Of a stretch of DNA of 25,396 nucleotides, positions 24,490 through 25,396 are shown in pieces (within the stretch, counting starts at the first letter, position 1; every line of letters begins with the position of its first letter). The DNA lies in the IMG/VR virus record IMGVR_UViG_3300042275_000783, positions 1-25,396 of that record; one strand, written 5' to 3'. The translations under genes and the position numbers were made by a program. The stretch comes from a virus. A model generated the notes under the pieces. It worked only from the letters and a program-made list of their open reading frames with translations. It was not told the origin of the DNA and searched no databases.

Positions 24490-24952
24490 ATGTCCTTTGT
24501 GTAGTAACAATAAAATAATCTATGATCCAGCGAGGGGAGAATACTACTGTTCAAACTGTGGTTATGTCATTGATGTTGAAGAAGAAGCAAGTATAAACCA
24601 CCATGAGCCTATAAGCTCAATTATTACATCAAACTTTTCTCCTCCCAAAAGGCTTAATGTGATCTATATAGAAAAAGACGTTTACAGAATATGCTCTCAA
24701 TTATATTTGCCAAAGTACCTCAAAGAAGAAGCCTTAAACCTATTATTCAAAGTTGCTAAAATTGATTTAACTGGTAAACACATTCGGCTTGAAGCGATAG
24801 CTCCAGCCCTTATCCTGTTAGCAGCTTATATTCATCATTTTTCTGAATTAGACTTATTGACACTATTTTATTATTCTAATGCAGCACCTAACGAGATCTT
24901 GAACACTTACCATAAGCTTTACGATTTGTTAAGATACTACACAAAAAAGTAA
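24482..24952 (+). CDS. Truncated TFB/TFIIB homologue (Zn ribbon + one cyclin repeat)
   Basis: CPLC-x-IIYDPARGEYYCSNCGYVI is a TFIIB ribbon; ICSQLYLPKYLKEEAL...LEAIAPALILLA matches the first cyclin repeat. 156 aa versus about 300 aa for full TFB. Confidence 0.85.
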   Translation: MVKCPLCSNNKIIYDPARGEYYCSNCGYVIDVEEEASINHHEPISSIITSNFSPPKRLNVIYIEKDVYRICSQLYLPKYLKEEALNLLFKVAKIDLTGKHIRLEAIAPALILLAAYIHHFSELDLLTLFYYSNAAPNEILNTYHKLYDLLRYYTKK

Positions 24953-25000
24953 GGATGTCGTACTGTAATAATATGGGGAAGAGTGAATAAATGTATAGGG

Positions 25001-25059
25001 CTGGGTAAAGAGGGATGACAGCCAACAGGCTTAACCTCTCCCAGTCATCCCCTTTGGGG
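25001..25059. ncRNA. Candidate structured RNA with alternative stems
   Basis: GC-rich intergenic island with overlapping complementarities (see findings). Confidence 0.25.
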
Positions 25060-25101
25060 TTTACACAATTTAACAAAGTGTAAAAGTTTTCGGTGAGCAT
25101 C

Positions 25102-25254
25102 ATGAATGAAATGCTGCAGGTTAAATTTGTTGATTTGATAGTAAAGAGGTATATTGACAATTTTGGCGATGACGAGGTTTATTTGGTTAGGGATGGTAAA
25201 AAGATTGAGTTTGATGAGATAAGAGACGAGTTTTTAAAAATGTTTGATAGGTGA
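25102..25254 (+). CDS. 50-aa hypothetical protein (not in the ORF track)
   Basis: MNEMLQVKFVDLIVKRYIDNFGDDEVYLVRDGKKIEFDEIRDEFLKMFDR; SD GGTGA. Confidence 0.55.
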   Translation: MNEMLQVKFVDLIVKRYIDNFGDDEVYLVRDGKKIEFDEIRDEFLKMFDR

Positions 25255-25260
25255 ATGGAG

Positions 25261-25396
25261 ATGAATTACAAAGAGCTTTTAGCATCAATGCCACCAAGGG
25301 CATTAAAAGCTTATGAGGTTTGGGTTAGAACACACTCTATTAAAGAAACTGCAAGGATAGTTGGAGTGAGTAGGGCAACAATACACAAATGGAAAA
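25261..25396 (+). CDS. HTH protein, 3'-truncated by the window edge (possible terminase small subunit)
   Basis: SIKETARIVGVSRATIHKWK is a classic HTH; position would precede the terminase/portal in a circular map. Confidence 0.6.
   Translation, partial: MNYKELLASMPPRALKAYEVWVRTHSIKETARIVGVSRATIHKWK

Noticed and set aside
24888-25160. 90-aa minus-strand ORF
   Set aside because: Overlaps the TFB gene, the structured intergenic element and the 50-aa plus-strand ORF; no SD or family signal.

Overview
The window looks like most of the genome of a tailed (Caudoviricetes, siphovirus-like) virus of a hyperthermophilic archaeon. Evidence for an archaeal host: BRE/TATA promoters, GGAGGTGA Shine-Dalgarno sites, oligo-T terminators and a TFB-like gene. 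A Thermococcales host is inferred mainly from a Pyrococcus/Thermococcus-type CRISPR repeat in the sequence. There are three blocks. (1) 1-12386 (+): virion operon with portal, MuF, gp10-like protein, protease/scaffold, HK97-type capsid, neck proteins, tail tube, frameshifted chaperones, tape measure, hub, a compositionally foreign receptor-binding protein and small membrane proteins. (2) 12455-22354 (-): early/accessory region built from cassettes, each headed by a repeated strong promoter. It holds a Csx20-like ring-nuclease homologue, acidic small proteins, a solitary CRISPR repeat, a C5 DNA methyltransferase, a PAPS-reductase-family gene, an IS200/IS605 end scar, an AT-rich origin candidate beside an RHH protein, an Rnl2-type RNA ligase and an SSB. 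(3) 22491-25396 (+): wHTH-metallophosphoesterase, a truncated TFB and the start of an HTH gene. The most interesting signal is a possible combined protein and RNA anti-CRISPR island: a viral ring-nuclease homologue behind its own promoter plus a lone, 3'-altered host-type CRISPR repeat (Racr-like). All family assignments come from motif recognition by eye; no database searches were run. No terminase large subunit, catalytic integrase, replicative helicase or polymerase was seen in the window.
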